Below, one piece after another: positions 11,289-25,034 of a stretch of DNA of 64,000 nucleotides. The stretch spans positions 22,984 to 86,983 of the forward strand of contig CAJNYD010000510.1 of the NCBI GenBank assembly GCA_905331295.1, written 5' to 3'. The translations under genes and the position numbers were made by a program. Origin of the DNA: Rotaria socialis. Taxonomy: Eukaryota. A model generated the notes under the pieces. The model was not told where the DNA came from, did not search any database, and saw nothing but the letters and a program-made list of their open reading frames with translations. The number at the start of each line of letters is the position of its first letter. Within the stretch, counting starts at the first letter, position 1.

Positions 11289-12132
11289 CCGTACGTTACT
11301 TTTATTTTCTTTAAAAACTAGAGAGAAGAGTAAAAGAAGAAAAAAAGAATTCGTATGGTTTTTTTCATTAAACATTTAAAAAATCATTCACCTTTTCGTC
11401 GTGTAAGAGAGAGCTCAGCAAATTTGAAAGAAGTCGAAGGGTTCTTTCAATAGGTTTCACATACACTTTACTCTGTATTTACCAATTGCTTCCGGCGATT
11501 TTTTTTGTTTCTCTTTCTCGCTCGCTTGCTCTCGCTCTTTCTCTATATCATTCATTACATTCATAAAGTAAATTTTTATCACAATATAAATGACCCTGAG
11601 AAATTTGTTTGCATCTCTTTGTATTTCTATCCCACTGAAATATCTGTAAGGAACAGTTAAGAGTGCAAAAAGCAGTTGGAACATATGAAGACAAAAATTA
11701 ATCATAAGTAGCGACATAAAATTCTTGTAAAAATAACAACTTAAGTCATCAATAAACTTCTTTCTCTTAAGTATCAATACAATAGGAATAGAGAAAGTCA
11801 AGTCTTTATCGTGTTGGATTGTTTTCAATGAAATTCTAGTTGTATCAAAATAATCAGTCGAAATAAAAACTCATAATAAACACCTGCAAGGCAACCTTGA
11901 AATTTTGTCAATAACTATAAAAAGTAAACTGAGAGCAAACTTGTTTTTCTGATGTTTCTGTTTAGTTCGTGATTAAACATTGGAATACTTATATGTTGGT
12001 TTCTCTCATTATTTGTCATTCGACATGTTACAATTTATGTACATATACATTCACAAAAAAAATATGCATTTTTTTGGTATAGCTTTTATGAATACTTTTC
12101 TTTTTTTTCTTTCGTTGCCTTGAATTAAAAAA

Positions 12133-13973
12133 TTAATCAGACGTATAAAAAATGAAAATATACCAATAAATACAATTACAAAGAACGAATAAAACTGGAA
12201 ATCCAATGCGAGCAAGACGATCAAGTTTATGTAACGGTGCTTTTCGCCTTAAAAAATGTAAACCTTGTGCAACAACAGCAAATGTTGAGCGACGTGCATG
12301 TTTTAAAGAACGCAATTTTCGTGTTCGACTAGATCGTACTACAATTAAATTAGAAGAACGAGATTCAATTGGCATATTTTGTTGTTTGGACGATTCACTC
12401 AAATTGTTCATGCCACCTGTATTATTTATTGCATGTCCGTACTAAAAGAGTAAAGATAATTTAAATGAAAATATGAATTTTTCATTATCTAAAAAACAAC
12501 AATAAAATACTTCAAGATGACGATGAACAGCAGTGTACTGAAGTAATGAAGCAAGTAGAAATAAATAGCAAATAATAAAAAATGAGTCGATTGCCGTTAT
12601 ATACGGTACTGCTGGAATGTGAGAACGAATATCGAGTGCAAGTGTAGTAAGACTCAGTATAGAAGTAATACCTAAACCAAAAATTCATTATATAAGATTC
12701 TTTTTATTATGAAATTTCATTGGCAAACCAATATAGACTCGATCAGCGGTTGCTTCACTATCTATCCAAAATGATATCCAAGACAAAATAACAAGTAAAC
12801 CTGCTGGGATATAACCTTGTAACACATAAAAACCAACACTTCGACGCATACGAAGATCAAGTTGAAGCACAGAATGATTTCCTTTTTTGATACAAAAGAC
12901 AAAATTATTTTTAAAACATGTTTTTTCCTGTTTACATTGAATACATACGATCAGTTAATTGAATTTCTCTTTTTGAAATTTTATAACTAAATAAATCAAA
13001 TTGAGATAATTTTAGACGTTCTAATTCTACACCATTATGTTCATCAAGTTTCCAATCGTAAATAACATCACGTGTCCCATAAGCATCTTCAACAAGAGAA
13101 TCATACTGAAAAATTCGTTTTTTTCTTTTTCTGCATTTTAGCTTACAACTAGACAAAATCAATGAACATGTTTGAACATCTAATGGATATCTTCGTAAGA
13201 ACATTGAACAATACGCTTTAATTGTTAATCTAATAGAGAACGATGATGATTATGGTTTCTAAAAAAAATTAAATTATCAAAACAATAAACATACCGACTT
13301 GAATATAATAATCGACCATTTTCAAGTATACGTAAAAGATGATTGAGTGTTGGTGTTGTATGAAGATAACCAGAATGAGAATTTAAAAAATATGTATCAG
13401 GCTTCCATATTGCACTGCAAAAAATATTTAAAAATACTGAGAAAAAACACTAAAACTAAAACAAATCGAAATAAACCTGAGCAATTTTGTCGATACAGCT
13501 ACATTAGATATTTTATTCGGTAAAGTGAGACGTTCATCAGTCCAAACTTGACGAAAAAATAAATTCATTGTAAATGACTACAAATATTAAAGAGAAGAAT
13601 AAAATATTAAAATACACAATTTATATTACCATATCTAACTCAACAATGGGTCCTAAAGCAAAGAAAAACAAAAACGTATATCGAAAAAACAAACGTATTT
13701 GACATGCCTAATGTAATAATCATTAAGTAAACTTGAACTTGAAGCGGATCTCCTTAGAAAAAATAAGATATAAACAAATATTTAGCTATTTTTTATTTTA
13801 TTTAATAACTATATTCTACCGGTATGATTAGGTCTCAATTGTTTATTGTATCCATAAAGTAAATCGTTTAGAACACACGTTAAATTATTGGCTCTTGGCC
13901 AACATGTTTCATTCAATGATAATATATGAATTGGTTGAAGAAAAACTACACTCAAAATGAACAAATACCACAT
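12133..13973 (-). CDS. Cys-loop ligand-gated ion channel subunit, GABA-A/GRD-like; multi-exon
   Basis: Signal MWYLFILSVVFL, YNKQLRP, FFRQVWTDERL, IWKPDTYF, Cys-loop CSMFLRRYPLDVQTC, M1 YIPAGLLVILSWISFW, M2 ATADRVYIGITSILSLTT, M4 LDRLARIGFPVLF..YW. Short introns throughout. Confidence 0.93.
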
Positions 13974-14858
13974 GATTGTTGGTTGTCTTCTTCTGTCTCA
14001 AGTTTATTCAGACTGACTTTTTCTTTCGTTATCTATTATTGACATCAGTGTTATTTCTTGTGGAAAATTTAATCATTGTCATTCCATCGTGTTCATTATT
14101 CAAATTATTATTCGATATTGTCAGAAATAGTTCATTAAATCTTAATTGAATTTGTCAATCGCAAGACAATCTGCTTTACATCGAAATAGAATAATTTAAC
14201 TCTCATATTGAAACTATAGATTTTCATCTTCAAACGAAAAAAAGGAAAGACACATGTTTTTACTTAACATTTTAATGCGAAAATAAATTTTTTCTAAAGT
14301 TATTTCATCATTCGACGATGAGAAATCTCTAAATTAGTCACCAACAAACGACCTTGATTTTCTTCCGAATTAAATAAACTAACAAAAATTTAAAATTTAA
14401 ATGAGTATATGTTAGTGTATAGATTCGTTAGAAACAAAAGACCTGAAAGAATTCCTATGAAGAAAAGAAAAGGCTTCTAAAATCAGCGTAAATATTTTTC
14501 TAGTTTAATAAATCAAATAAACTGACGATATACTATCACTACACCCTCAAATCGTCATTTCAAACGAATGTATTCAAATTCTATAATTCTAATCTTATTA
14601 AAAAAATATATCATCTTATCAGATAAAATCATTTTTATAATATACAAAACATAAAAACCAATAGGTTCTCAAATCAAATTATAGAATTTTACAAAATTTA
14701 AAATAAATGAATAATATTACTATTGAAATGAAAATTGGAACACGTAATAGAATTCAGTAGGTATATATACATATATATATATATAGAAAGAGAGAGAGAG
14801 TAGAATCTTGCAGATTGCTCCCTCTAAAACAAACTCAACATAATACAAGCGAAAATAT

Positions 14859-17380
14859 TTATTTATTGCAATCGTCATCAAGAAAAGAAAAATTCGTCGA
14901 TTCTCGCTTGCGAATATCATTAATTACGTAGGGCTGTTCTTGTTCGGCAGTTTTCTGTGTAACATTAATTTGATTTCCTGTGCGTTCTCTACTTTGACTC
15001 GATTTTTTATTTTTAGTTGATGTAATGCCAGTTGATTTTAAAAGTTCTATTGCTGCTGAAATACTTCGTTCCTTATCGACTTGATGCGATCGAATTAAGA
15101 TATAGAGAAGTATTGACCAAACACCTTCTAGTCCATTCAATATAATAAAAATCCATGATAAAATATTTCCAGCTGCAGGACTTAGAAATGAAATAAGTGG
15201 ACCTACTAACCATCCAATACCTTGCGTTACACACGACGATAATAGAACAACAACACATTTTTTTAATCGGTCGTTGATTTGCTTAGTTGTTGGTGCATTT
15301 CGTGCATACCTTATAATACTGTTCGCAACAAGAATTATAGTAATTATATTAATGAGAAGAAATATACAAAGAGGTATGATTAGAAAATAATAAATAACAT
15401 CTCGAGTAAACCAGCAGAGTTTATATGGATATAATTTCGTAACATTAAACGATGATTTTGAATTAAAACCAATCGCTAAAATAACACAAACAAATGATAG
15501 AACAAATGAAATTATAAGCATAATTGAAAGTTTCCGATATGATGGTAATGGGAAAAGACGAACAAAACGTAAATAATAGAAATATCCAGCACTTGTTTTG
15601 ACACAAAACATAAACATTAATAAGAAATAAACAATAAACATTAATACACTTGAACTTGTAAAGCATAGAGTTTGATTTGCCGATGATGTTTGAGTATATA
15701 CAGTCGAAGAAAGTATAATAAAAAAAATGAAAAGTATCGTTGTACTTGCTGTTGAGATTAATGGAAGTAAATTAATTGCTGGAATATTCATTGATGAGTT
15801 TGCCATTTTTACACTTAGTGCATGAATAATAACTACTGTAAAACAGATAATCGATATACATTGAAATATAAGTGAAAAAATATCTTGTGCATCAAGCTTC
15901 TTTGTAATGTTGTCAGATGATAACGATTCCGGCAGCCAAATAAGAGCAAAAGAAGTTAAATGATTGCAACTACATTCATATCGATCATATTTTGTATTGT
16001 GCAATGGTACCGTACAACCGGATTCGTTCCATTTCGAATTTATTTCATCATAAAATGAACATAAATATGTTCCGGTACCATTCTTTTTGTATCGATCTAA
16101 AGGTTTAAAATATAATGAAATAACTGTTGGCACGGAGATCGAATTATTTTTTGTTTGTAGATTCGCGATGATTACACATGATGCAATTGTTTTATTTGTC
16201 GACATATCTGTGATCATTTCATATCCAGTAGGTTTATAAACAATTAACATATTAAGAGATACTGCATTGTTTAATGATTGTTTATTAATGATAGCTGCAG
16301 CTGATATATTTGAATGTGTTAGATTTTCTTTATTCGATATATCTACAATTTGACCACCGATACCATCACTAAACGAAGCACCTAAAATCTGCGAATCAGG
16401 AGTGTGAATTATAAGAAATGATGAATTTGAATTTAAAGTTAAATTAACACCATGCAGATTATCCATGATATTATCGATAACATTTATTGGCACAACATCC
16501 GTCTGATTTGTTTGTGTTATTGAACTCATGTATAATGAAAGCGCATAGGCTGTGTTAACCGCATTGTTCGATGGGCTATTTAATATACTAGCTGCAATTA
16601 TCTACATGAAAAATAATTTCAATATAAGAGAACAAATTTATACTTCGAAAAGATTATACTTGTCCATATAATTTCGATACACAGGTGCCATTTAGTAATC
16701 TAGTCGAATTTTCAGAATCACAACTATCAGGATTATACGGCAAATAAGAGTCTTGTCATGTGGTGAATAGAACAAGAGAAAAAGAATCAAGAAACAAAAA
16801 ATGAACATCTATAAAATACCTAATATTTGAATACTAGTAATAATATACGTTGTATTTAGTGTCGGTTGTGTGATGCTCGTTGTTCGGGAACTTGTTGTTA
16901 ATGGTATTAGACCTACAGTTAGACAAAAAGTAGTTGCCGCACAAGCACTGAAAAGATATAGGATTCGATCAATGTGAAGATCTATTAGACTATTAACATT
17001 GTTTGAACAAATCCAGGTGTCGGACTGTAGGAATTATTTGAATAGGTTTTTAATCATAAAATAAAATAAATATTTGTTAACTGTGCATCTATTATTTTAT
17101 CCTGTAGATCGCTGTCTAATTTCAAAATAATAATGAATGCATACTTACTTGACATAAATCCTGATGTATCATTTAGAAATATCTGTTTTTGGTCATCATT
17201 TTCTTTAGCTTCATATGATTTAATAAAGCGTGCATGTGATTGTTCATGTTTGATTTTCTCTAACACAGTTTTGTAGTTCTCATCATGAAAAAGTTTAACT
17301 TTATCAGAAGAGTTAACAATCGTTAGATGAATACCAAAATTTAATAAATAAATTAAACAAAATCGAATAATTTTCATCAT
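14859..17380 (-). CDS. Adhesion GPCR (GAIN/GPS + 7TM)
   Basis: Large exon 16601-14859 encodes the GAIN domain, GPS YECSCNHLTSFALIW and seven hydrophobic helices (LCWF, GIGW, LNGLEG). The preceding exon encodes PYNPDSC..LLNGTCVSKLYGQ (intron 16659-16602). A probable signal-peptide exon starts at 17380. Boundaries of the small 5' exons are unresolved. Confidence 0.9.
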
Positions 17381-20300
17381 TTTCTAAACAACCTAATACA
17401 TTTACTTTTACATGCAAGCAATATTTGTTTTATAGTAGATTCTAAAACAAAAACACCTTTAAGTATAAAATTAGATGTAATGTAAAAGAATTTTCCCTAA
17501 TGCAAACGTAAATGTAGCGATTTTACTTTTTCATCAATATTGAAGCTCGACTAAACTTAGAGATTAAATAATGCAAAGATCGATACCAGTAATATAATAT
17601 TAGCTTTTGATTTAGAACGTGATTATCGATTTGTGCTTTTCTTGTAGCAGAAGCAAAACAAGTACTAAAAAGAAAGTGAAATTGCGATCATGAATACCTT
17701 CCTACGTCTCAATAAATGGGAAAATAATCTATTTTTCAACAGAAACTATCAAAGTACGAAAGTCATTATTTAGCCATGTTTTATTAGTAATATACAGCAG
17801 CAATAGAATAGAGAATAAAAGAGACAGTACAAGAAAAAAAAGCAAGTCTCATTAAATGTCATTTTGTTTTGTTTTCGTTTTGTATCTAACTTTTTATTTG
17901 AAAGCGAAATTGATTATCGTGTTTATGTAATCTTCGTAAATCAAATTATATATATCCATGAAAAATTTGCTTCTATCCAAACTGACTTTCAAAAGAATAA
18001 AATACTTCAATTACTGAGCTCAATTTTAATCATGTGAAAAGTTTTCAATAGAAATTTCTAGAATTTGTTTTTATACTTATTCAAAGATACTCGTAGAATT
18101 ATTCATGTTCGGTTTATATGTTTTCTTGATTTGATTGTTTCTCAAGGCCGCAATGTGTTCAGCATTCTTACAGGAGACATCATAATGAAGCATGCCATCA
18201 ACCTTTGAAAAAATTTCGACATTTTGACGCATCAAATGTTACCGGTTCGAGCTTTCTATGACGCCAAAATTGGAATTTTTTGAAAAACTATCGCTTCTAA
18301 GTCAGTATAGATTCTCCAAAAAATTTATTTTAAATAACTTCGATGCAATCATCTCTTTATAAGCATATTTCATGTTTCGATGACTCGAGAACGAGACATG
18401 TTTACGACAAAATAGGTTTTATTTTGATCTTCTCAAAAATGTCATTTGATTAATCTGAGATTTTCGATTGAAATATACGAACAACGAGTTCTTGATCTAT
18501 CGAAAAAGAACAAATTCAAACCTTGATATCGAACTCTAATGTCGATCTAATGATGGCTAGCTAAGAACTCAAGTGTAAAGAACAAATATCGTATCGAATA
18601 AAATAAAAATTGAGTGTTGTGTTCGGTCATGCGTAAATTGAATATTTTTGCTAAGTAGACATTATTTCAATTGTTTATATTTTTAAATTTATTTCAGTGA
18701 AATCTTTGAGGGTTTTTTATTGTATGCAAAAACTTTGTTTGAAGCGTTAGCAAAATCGTAAATTTTTCTCATCTTCTAGTTTCATGTGAAGTAAAAGTTG
18801 TCACCTGACCTGAACAAGAATTATTTTAAAATGCGTAAACTTTTCTGCAGAAATATTTTCTTACTAATATTGTAGTCCATAAAATGATTATTTTATATAA
18901 AAAAAAATTATTTTTATAGATCAAGGAAATTTTTCTCAATCATTTTCTGTATTTTTCCCACATTTATTTTGAAGCAAGAGACAATAGACTTCTCAAATAT
19001 TTGTTATAATTAACAGGTACTAGAATACTTCAATCCCATATTTTAACGATTTGATAAGTCCATATTTGTATGATCAGAAACAAAACTAAATTGAGTAAGA
19101 CCTCCATAAATCCTATTTATTACTCTTGTATTGTATATGAAATCAATTCGATGTGTATTTCCCAAGTATAAGCACTGTAAGGTTTCTTCAAAAGTAATAA
19201 GCAAATCACAATTTATTTTCAAGGAAAAACTGTTCTTTTACGGTTGAATACGCAGTGTCGTTGTGGTAGAAACTGCGTACTGATATTCGTTTGTTGAATA
19301 AAATGCATTTACATATCGCTCATAGAAGATTAGTTTCAATCGAGCATATATCTTTGGTCGTTTGTCATTGTCAATTTTCATACTCGAGTCCAGACACGTG
19401 ATCTTTTCATAATCTTGTTGACGGTTAATACTAGATTCTTTTAACGGTAGGAAATCATATTGAAAATTCAAAAGTAGAGAATATATTTGACTAAAAAGAG
19501 AGGTGCTGTTGTACCAGTACGATCGTTTACGCATAGTTCACAAAGTTATCTGTTTCGAGATATCATAATCCATTTATTGTTCAAGTTATATGTGAAACTA
19601 TAAGTATACATATTTTATAACATTTTATATTCATTGATTCCAAGATGAAAACGTGAGTCAAAGAATTTTTTCCTGTAGGATTATTTTCTACTCAACATCT
19701 ATTGACATATCGCATCAGTTACCGGTTTTCATTCTGCAACAGGTATCATAGTTTTTGAAGAGACTTTTTCAATTCTTTAAATTGCCAAGCAACTGCTCAT
19801 AATGTTTAGTAAATATAATGTTCCCATAGAATAGCATTGAATCATATATTATTAATCATGGGGAATGCATATTTCTCTATTTTTAGAACACTTCTGATTC
19901 GTAATTTTTTCTTAATTAAGAGTCACCTATGCTAATTGATTAGTTTTCTTCTAATATAATTAAAATACTTATGTTGTTCAACCTCTAGAAACATCATTAT
20001 TGCATGATGTTCGAATTTTCTAGTTACTTATCAATATGTGGAGTCATATAGAGTACATTTTTATTATATTTCGAGGAAGATATTTCTGTTTCGAATGTTT
20101 TTTGTACTATTTTAATAGTAATAATCAATCATAATGATTAGTTGACTTAATATAAAGATATTTTTAATTATTGTAACAAAAACAATCGAATGAAATGTTC
20201 TAATCAACTTAAAGTGAAGAGAATGTATATTTTTTCATTAAATAGAGATATGTCGACCAATGAAAAGTACCTAACATACAAAAGGTAACTATTTTGAGGA

Positions 20301-22677
20301 TATCTACCTAGTGACTGAGAAACTCACTTTGAAAAAAAAATTTATTTAGTCAATTTCTTATTAGATGGCACAGATTTGATCGTATACAAGAAAGATTAAG
20401 ACATTCTCGATAGAAAAAAAAGTCTTATTTAGATCGTCATACAAGTAAATCGGTTTTTTTTGAACTTGTTTAATTTTTCATCAGAGAACAATCTATTACT
20501 GAATTAAAAAAACGATTGAATGATAATGATAAAGTATCAAACTGCTAAATGTAGACAATTGTTTTCTTTGATTCAAATCAGTTTGAAGATATAGACGAAG
20601 ATTTATTGATCTTGAAAAATTCAAAACTATTTCTAACCTTAAACACCCTAGCATTCATTACGGATACATCTATTTCTATCGGTTAATGTCATTCATATGT
20701 TAGCTTCAACAAACAACAAGGACTTTTTCTTATGAATTGTTGATATGTTTTAATTTCTATTGATGTATTCAAAAGAAAAAAACTTGGATACTGTATGAAG
20801 CATGCAAAGTCAGCCAAACTAATCATCGATAAGAGTATATTCGGCTATGAGAGCGAAGGGAAACGAGTAATCAAGTGAGTAGTATAACATAACATGGAGT
20901 TCAAATTTTTTGTCTATAAGAACGAGTATTATATGATTTTATTAAATATGAACAATATCGATCTGAATTTGAAGTATAGCAGACTAGTGTACATAAGGAT
21001 CAAATATTTCTCGAAGTAAATAGAAACCTACGAAAAACGTAATTTCGCCACTGTATTACTCTGCCATGAATTTAATCATTGCAAATTCAACTTAATTACT
21101 GCTTCACTGATCGTTTTAAATTTGAACAGATTATTGTTTAAACTACTGCACACTATTCTATTTTTCTGGTCTAAACACGTATAGTTTTCCCGTTTGATTC
21201 AATTTTAGTCTAAATCTGTTCAATAGTTCAGTGGTCAACAGTGAAAGTTCTTTTTAAAAAAAGTAGCGACTCCCACTCCTACGACGAACTAATATATCGT
21301 GTGATTTTGTAGTGATACTTTCGGTTCATGACTCAGATAAGCAATGTTGTTCGCAATTAACGTCATACTCTATCTCATTTGCGTTGTCACAAATATCTTT
21401 TTCTAATCTTCTTATTAACAGTCTTTTAAAATCATTAATTAAAAAGAACTGAGATATTATAGTTTAATAAGGATGCGCTATTTCTATAGAGATTTCGATG
21501 GCTCTGTAAATAGATTTTTATGAAAAGTTCATATAATATAATAAGCTTGTCGTCAAAGTTTTCGATTTTTCATACACAATGAAGCCGATTGAGAGCAGCA
21601 GCATAGTTGTACTGTTCTAGTACTATTTACTAGTATGACCTTGTTTTTGCGTCGCCGGCTTTCCAAACAATAATGTCAAGATACGAGACTAATGCTATTA
21701 CTCATTAAACAAATGGTTATAACATATGGAATAGGAAACTAAAAGAAAACAAACTTCAATAAATATTTCCGATGCATTCTTGCTTTTGCAATGGAAAGGG
21801 CTTTTAGAGTTTATAAAAACAATATTTGAATGAATGAAGTACATCACCTTTGTATTTTAACAGCTGCTTTTGTCTGACCCTATGATAGTGTTGAATTGTT
21901 TTTAATCATGCAGACTGTTTCGGAACTATCAGCAATTCAGGACATGTTTCAAGTGATAAGGAAAACATTTTTTCTTTTAAATAAAGTTATTGAAAAAGGC
22001 ACTTTAAGATCTCTGTTCATTTTTGTTGACATTAACGAAGTCTTTTTTTCAATTATTTTTGCATGTGCACTCTTTTCGACGAAAAAGTGCCATGGCTAAG
22101 ATGCCTTTGAGTTCATGCGAAATGTAGGTCTTACTTGTTCTATCAGGTAGAAATGGTTTTTAGTATAAGAAAAGTAAATTTCTAATTTTAAAATCTAATT
22201 TACTGTAGGCATAGTTCAACTCAGATTTAAAGAGGAAAACGTTTACTACAATTTTAAGTCGTGTTTGGATTTTAAAGATTTCCACCATCTTCATGCAAAT
22301 TTACCGACCATTGTTTTAACCAAAGTCAACTATAATCTAACTGCCTAGAAATTTTCCCAACATCCTTAGTATCGTGCAAACTCACTTTTCTGCTAGCGAA
22401 TAGATATATATTCTTACTAAAGATCATTCACAATAGCATACTTCTTCTATAGAAAAAATTATATTTCATTTATGTAAACTATTTTTCCCATTGAGTTTTT
22501 CATTTTTCCGCTGCAAATTCATTTTTACAGTGGTGTGACGTTATTGGGGAACAGTATATTTTCGTTACTGTTTATTTGTTTAGTGTGTGTATCGTAAGTT
22601 TTGTTTTTAAGCACTTTGACCTGAGCGTCATTTTTCCGCTTCAAACGAGCATTTATGTCACCGATTAAATATTTGTC

Positions 22678-22900
22678 TAATCCTCGTCAAAATTCTAATT
22701 TCGAGTTTTACTAAAAGAATTCTAATATTGAGGGTGTGCGGGTGCGCGTGTGTGGTGTAGGTTTGGGTGTGAATCTCTCCATCAACACTCGCACCCGCAC
22801 TAGGGTGTGGGTGTTGATCCTGTGTCCAACCGCATCCAACACCCACGCCTACAGCCACACCCACACCCTGAAAATTGAAATTAGAATTTTGACGGAGATT
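22678..22900. mobile_element. Degenerate palindromic MITE-like element with a GGGTGT-rich core
   Basis: The core agggtgtgcgggtg ... cacacccacaccctg (22731-22870) is flanked by the inverted pair aatcctcgtcaaaattctaatttc / gaaattagaattttgacggagatt. Confidence 0.6.
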
Positions 22901-23078
22901 ATATTGGGCAAACTTTTAATTTGAATTTTACCGGGCAAATTTAAAATTTGACTAGATTTGAATTTTGACCACAACATATATATGTGTGTGTGTGTGTGTG
23001 TGTATGCTGAAGAGGAACGTGAAATTCATTGAATATCATCTAACTTCAAGAAAAATAGGAAAGACGCTTTTTCAGTAA

Positions 23079-23193
23079 AGCGGAGCTGGAGCGGAGTCAG
23101 AGCGGAATCGGAGGGAACTTTTCTACCCTGGGACGGAGTCGGAGCGGAGCGCGTCATTAGTGACTGGAACTGAGTCGGAGCTGTCCATCCCTG
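23079..23193. mobile_element. Probable end fragment of a hAT-like element
   Basis: Tandem cggagtcggag-like units end in catccctg, a CAGGGATG-type terminus. The partner end was not found. Confidence 0.45.
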
Positions 23194-23433
23194 ATCAAAA
23201 TATTAAAACTTTTTCCTATAATTTCTTGTTGAATACATAAATCAAAAAAATCAAGATGGATAATTTACTTCAATTTACATAGAAATACATTATTCAAACG
23301 AGAAAAAAAACGCTACTACTGTTTTAAAATTATTTGATTTGGAATTATAGAAATAAATCAAGTTAGAAATTCATCCTATTTCATTTTTTTTGCTTTAATA
23401 AGTATGTCAATCAATATGAATCATAAAAACACA

Positions 23434-23831
23434 TTATCCCCATTTAAAAATTAAATTGGGATTATGTTTAGCGTTATCAGTCTGCGTGGAATCATCGTAA
23501 TATTTCGACGAAACAGGATATTGCAAAAATATTTTACGTAGTTTTTCAGCAGCTAACCGACATTCACGACTTGTAGCACAATTCGCTAACAATTGATGAC
23601 GCATTGGTTCAACTACTTGTAAAACTATTCATTGGAAAACAAGAACAATTTAGTTTTAAAAAAAAGTACAAATAAACCCTTACTTTCTTCCCAACCAGGT
23701 TCATTGGGCACCGTCCATTCATGGCCATCAATAACAATTTTTTTATGCAGAGGGCGACATTCGTTCATAGATAGTTGAAAAACAATAACGCATATGATAA
23801 TAAGGACAGATACACAAGAAAATCTAGACAT
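23434..23831 (-). CDS. Secreted 112-aa protein, candidate amidated neuropeptide precursor (..NLIFKWG*)
   Basis: Signal peptide present. Exons 23831-23684 and 23624-23434 are joined by a 59-bp phase-1 intron and total 339 nt, in frame. Confidence 0.8.
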
Positions 23832-25034
23832 GATTTATAACTAAAATGATAAGAATAAATATTTAATTCTATTCCAAATATGTTCAAAGGAAAAAATTAC
23901 ATTTAAATCTTGACTAATTCACACTCTCACATACTAACAGAAACCTTAAATCTCTACTGTTCGAAGTGAAAAAAAGACATAACCGTGTGCTATAATTCTC
24001 CTCATTCATCGTTTTCTCTTACTACATCTACTAATATTGGCTGCATTAAAAAATTCCATGTGTATTTATTTTGAAATATACTCTCTATTCTTGAGATAAG
24101 CAAACGAATAAAAAGGAATTATGATCAGAATCGACAATGTCTTATATATATATATATATATTCTTTTTAATAATTCTAATTACTCAACTTCTCTCTTCTC
24201 TCATGTGTATAATATCGAGAGATACACAGTCCAGTAAAACTACCGCTAGCATAATCACGCATTTTTTCTATTTGTTCAAATTTAAAAATGAATAACAATT
24301 TAAAAAAGAATACTACACTCTCATGATTTCTTTTTTTCTCTCTAGCATATGACACAAAGTCATGTTCGAACTATTAGATTATTATATCTTGTCTCGGTGT
24401 ATATGTAATTATTTTTAGAGTAACTTAAATATTTATTTAGAGTAAAAAAAAAAGATCAAATAAATTTGTTAATTAACCTTTACCGGCTTAAGCCCATAAT
24501 TATTGTGTAAAACCTCCAAATAAACTAAACAAGAGCTTCCTAGGCTAAGATCAACGCCAAACAAAAATAAAATTACATTAATTTTGAGTTTTTATCTTTC
24601 ATGACATAGCAAAACAAAATTATTACAAGCACAAAATTTTTTATTTGCTTCGCCCTATTATTTTTACAATGATTTACATAGTAATAAAATAACCAACATA
24701 ATTTCAGAAAAGTTTGCTTTGTTGTTTCCTTCTTTTGTATTACCCGTATTTCCTATTCATTTTCCTACGCTCAGCATTAGTGTAGGTGTGCCCTAATTAG
24801 AACATTAATAGACTTCATTTTCTTGATAAATAAAGATCCATCAATTGAGTATATAGACATAAAGATTTATTTTTATTTTTTATAAAAGATAAATGTCATT
24901 CAATTTCAAACGGTATCATATACGTGAGGAGTAGTTTATAGCCATGATATCAAAAGTTTTGTCTTTCGTTTTTATTTTGATAGTTGCTCTGTTTGACGCT
25001 TATCAGCTGCATAAGTGTTCTTGTCACATGAAAG

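Noticed and set aside
17400..22600. Long AT-rich interval, including ORF 19238..19534 and a possible transposon remnant near 18170-18350
   Set aside because: No convincing exons, paired TIRs or domains could be identified by eye.
22975..23005. (TA)n(TG)n microsatellite and similar short dinucleotide runs elsewhere
   Set aside because: Ordinary simple repeats.
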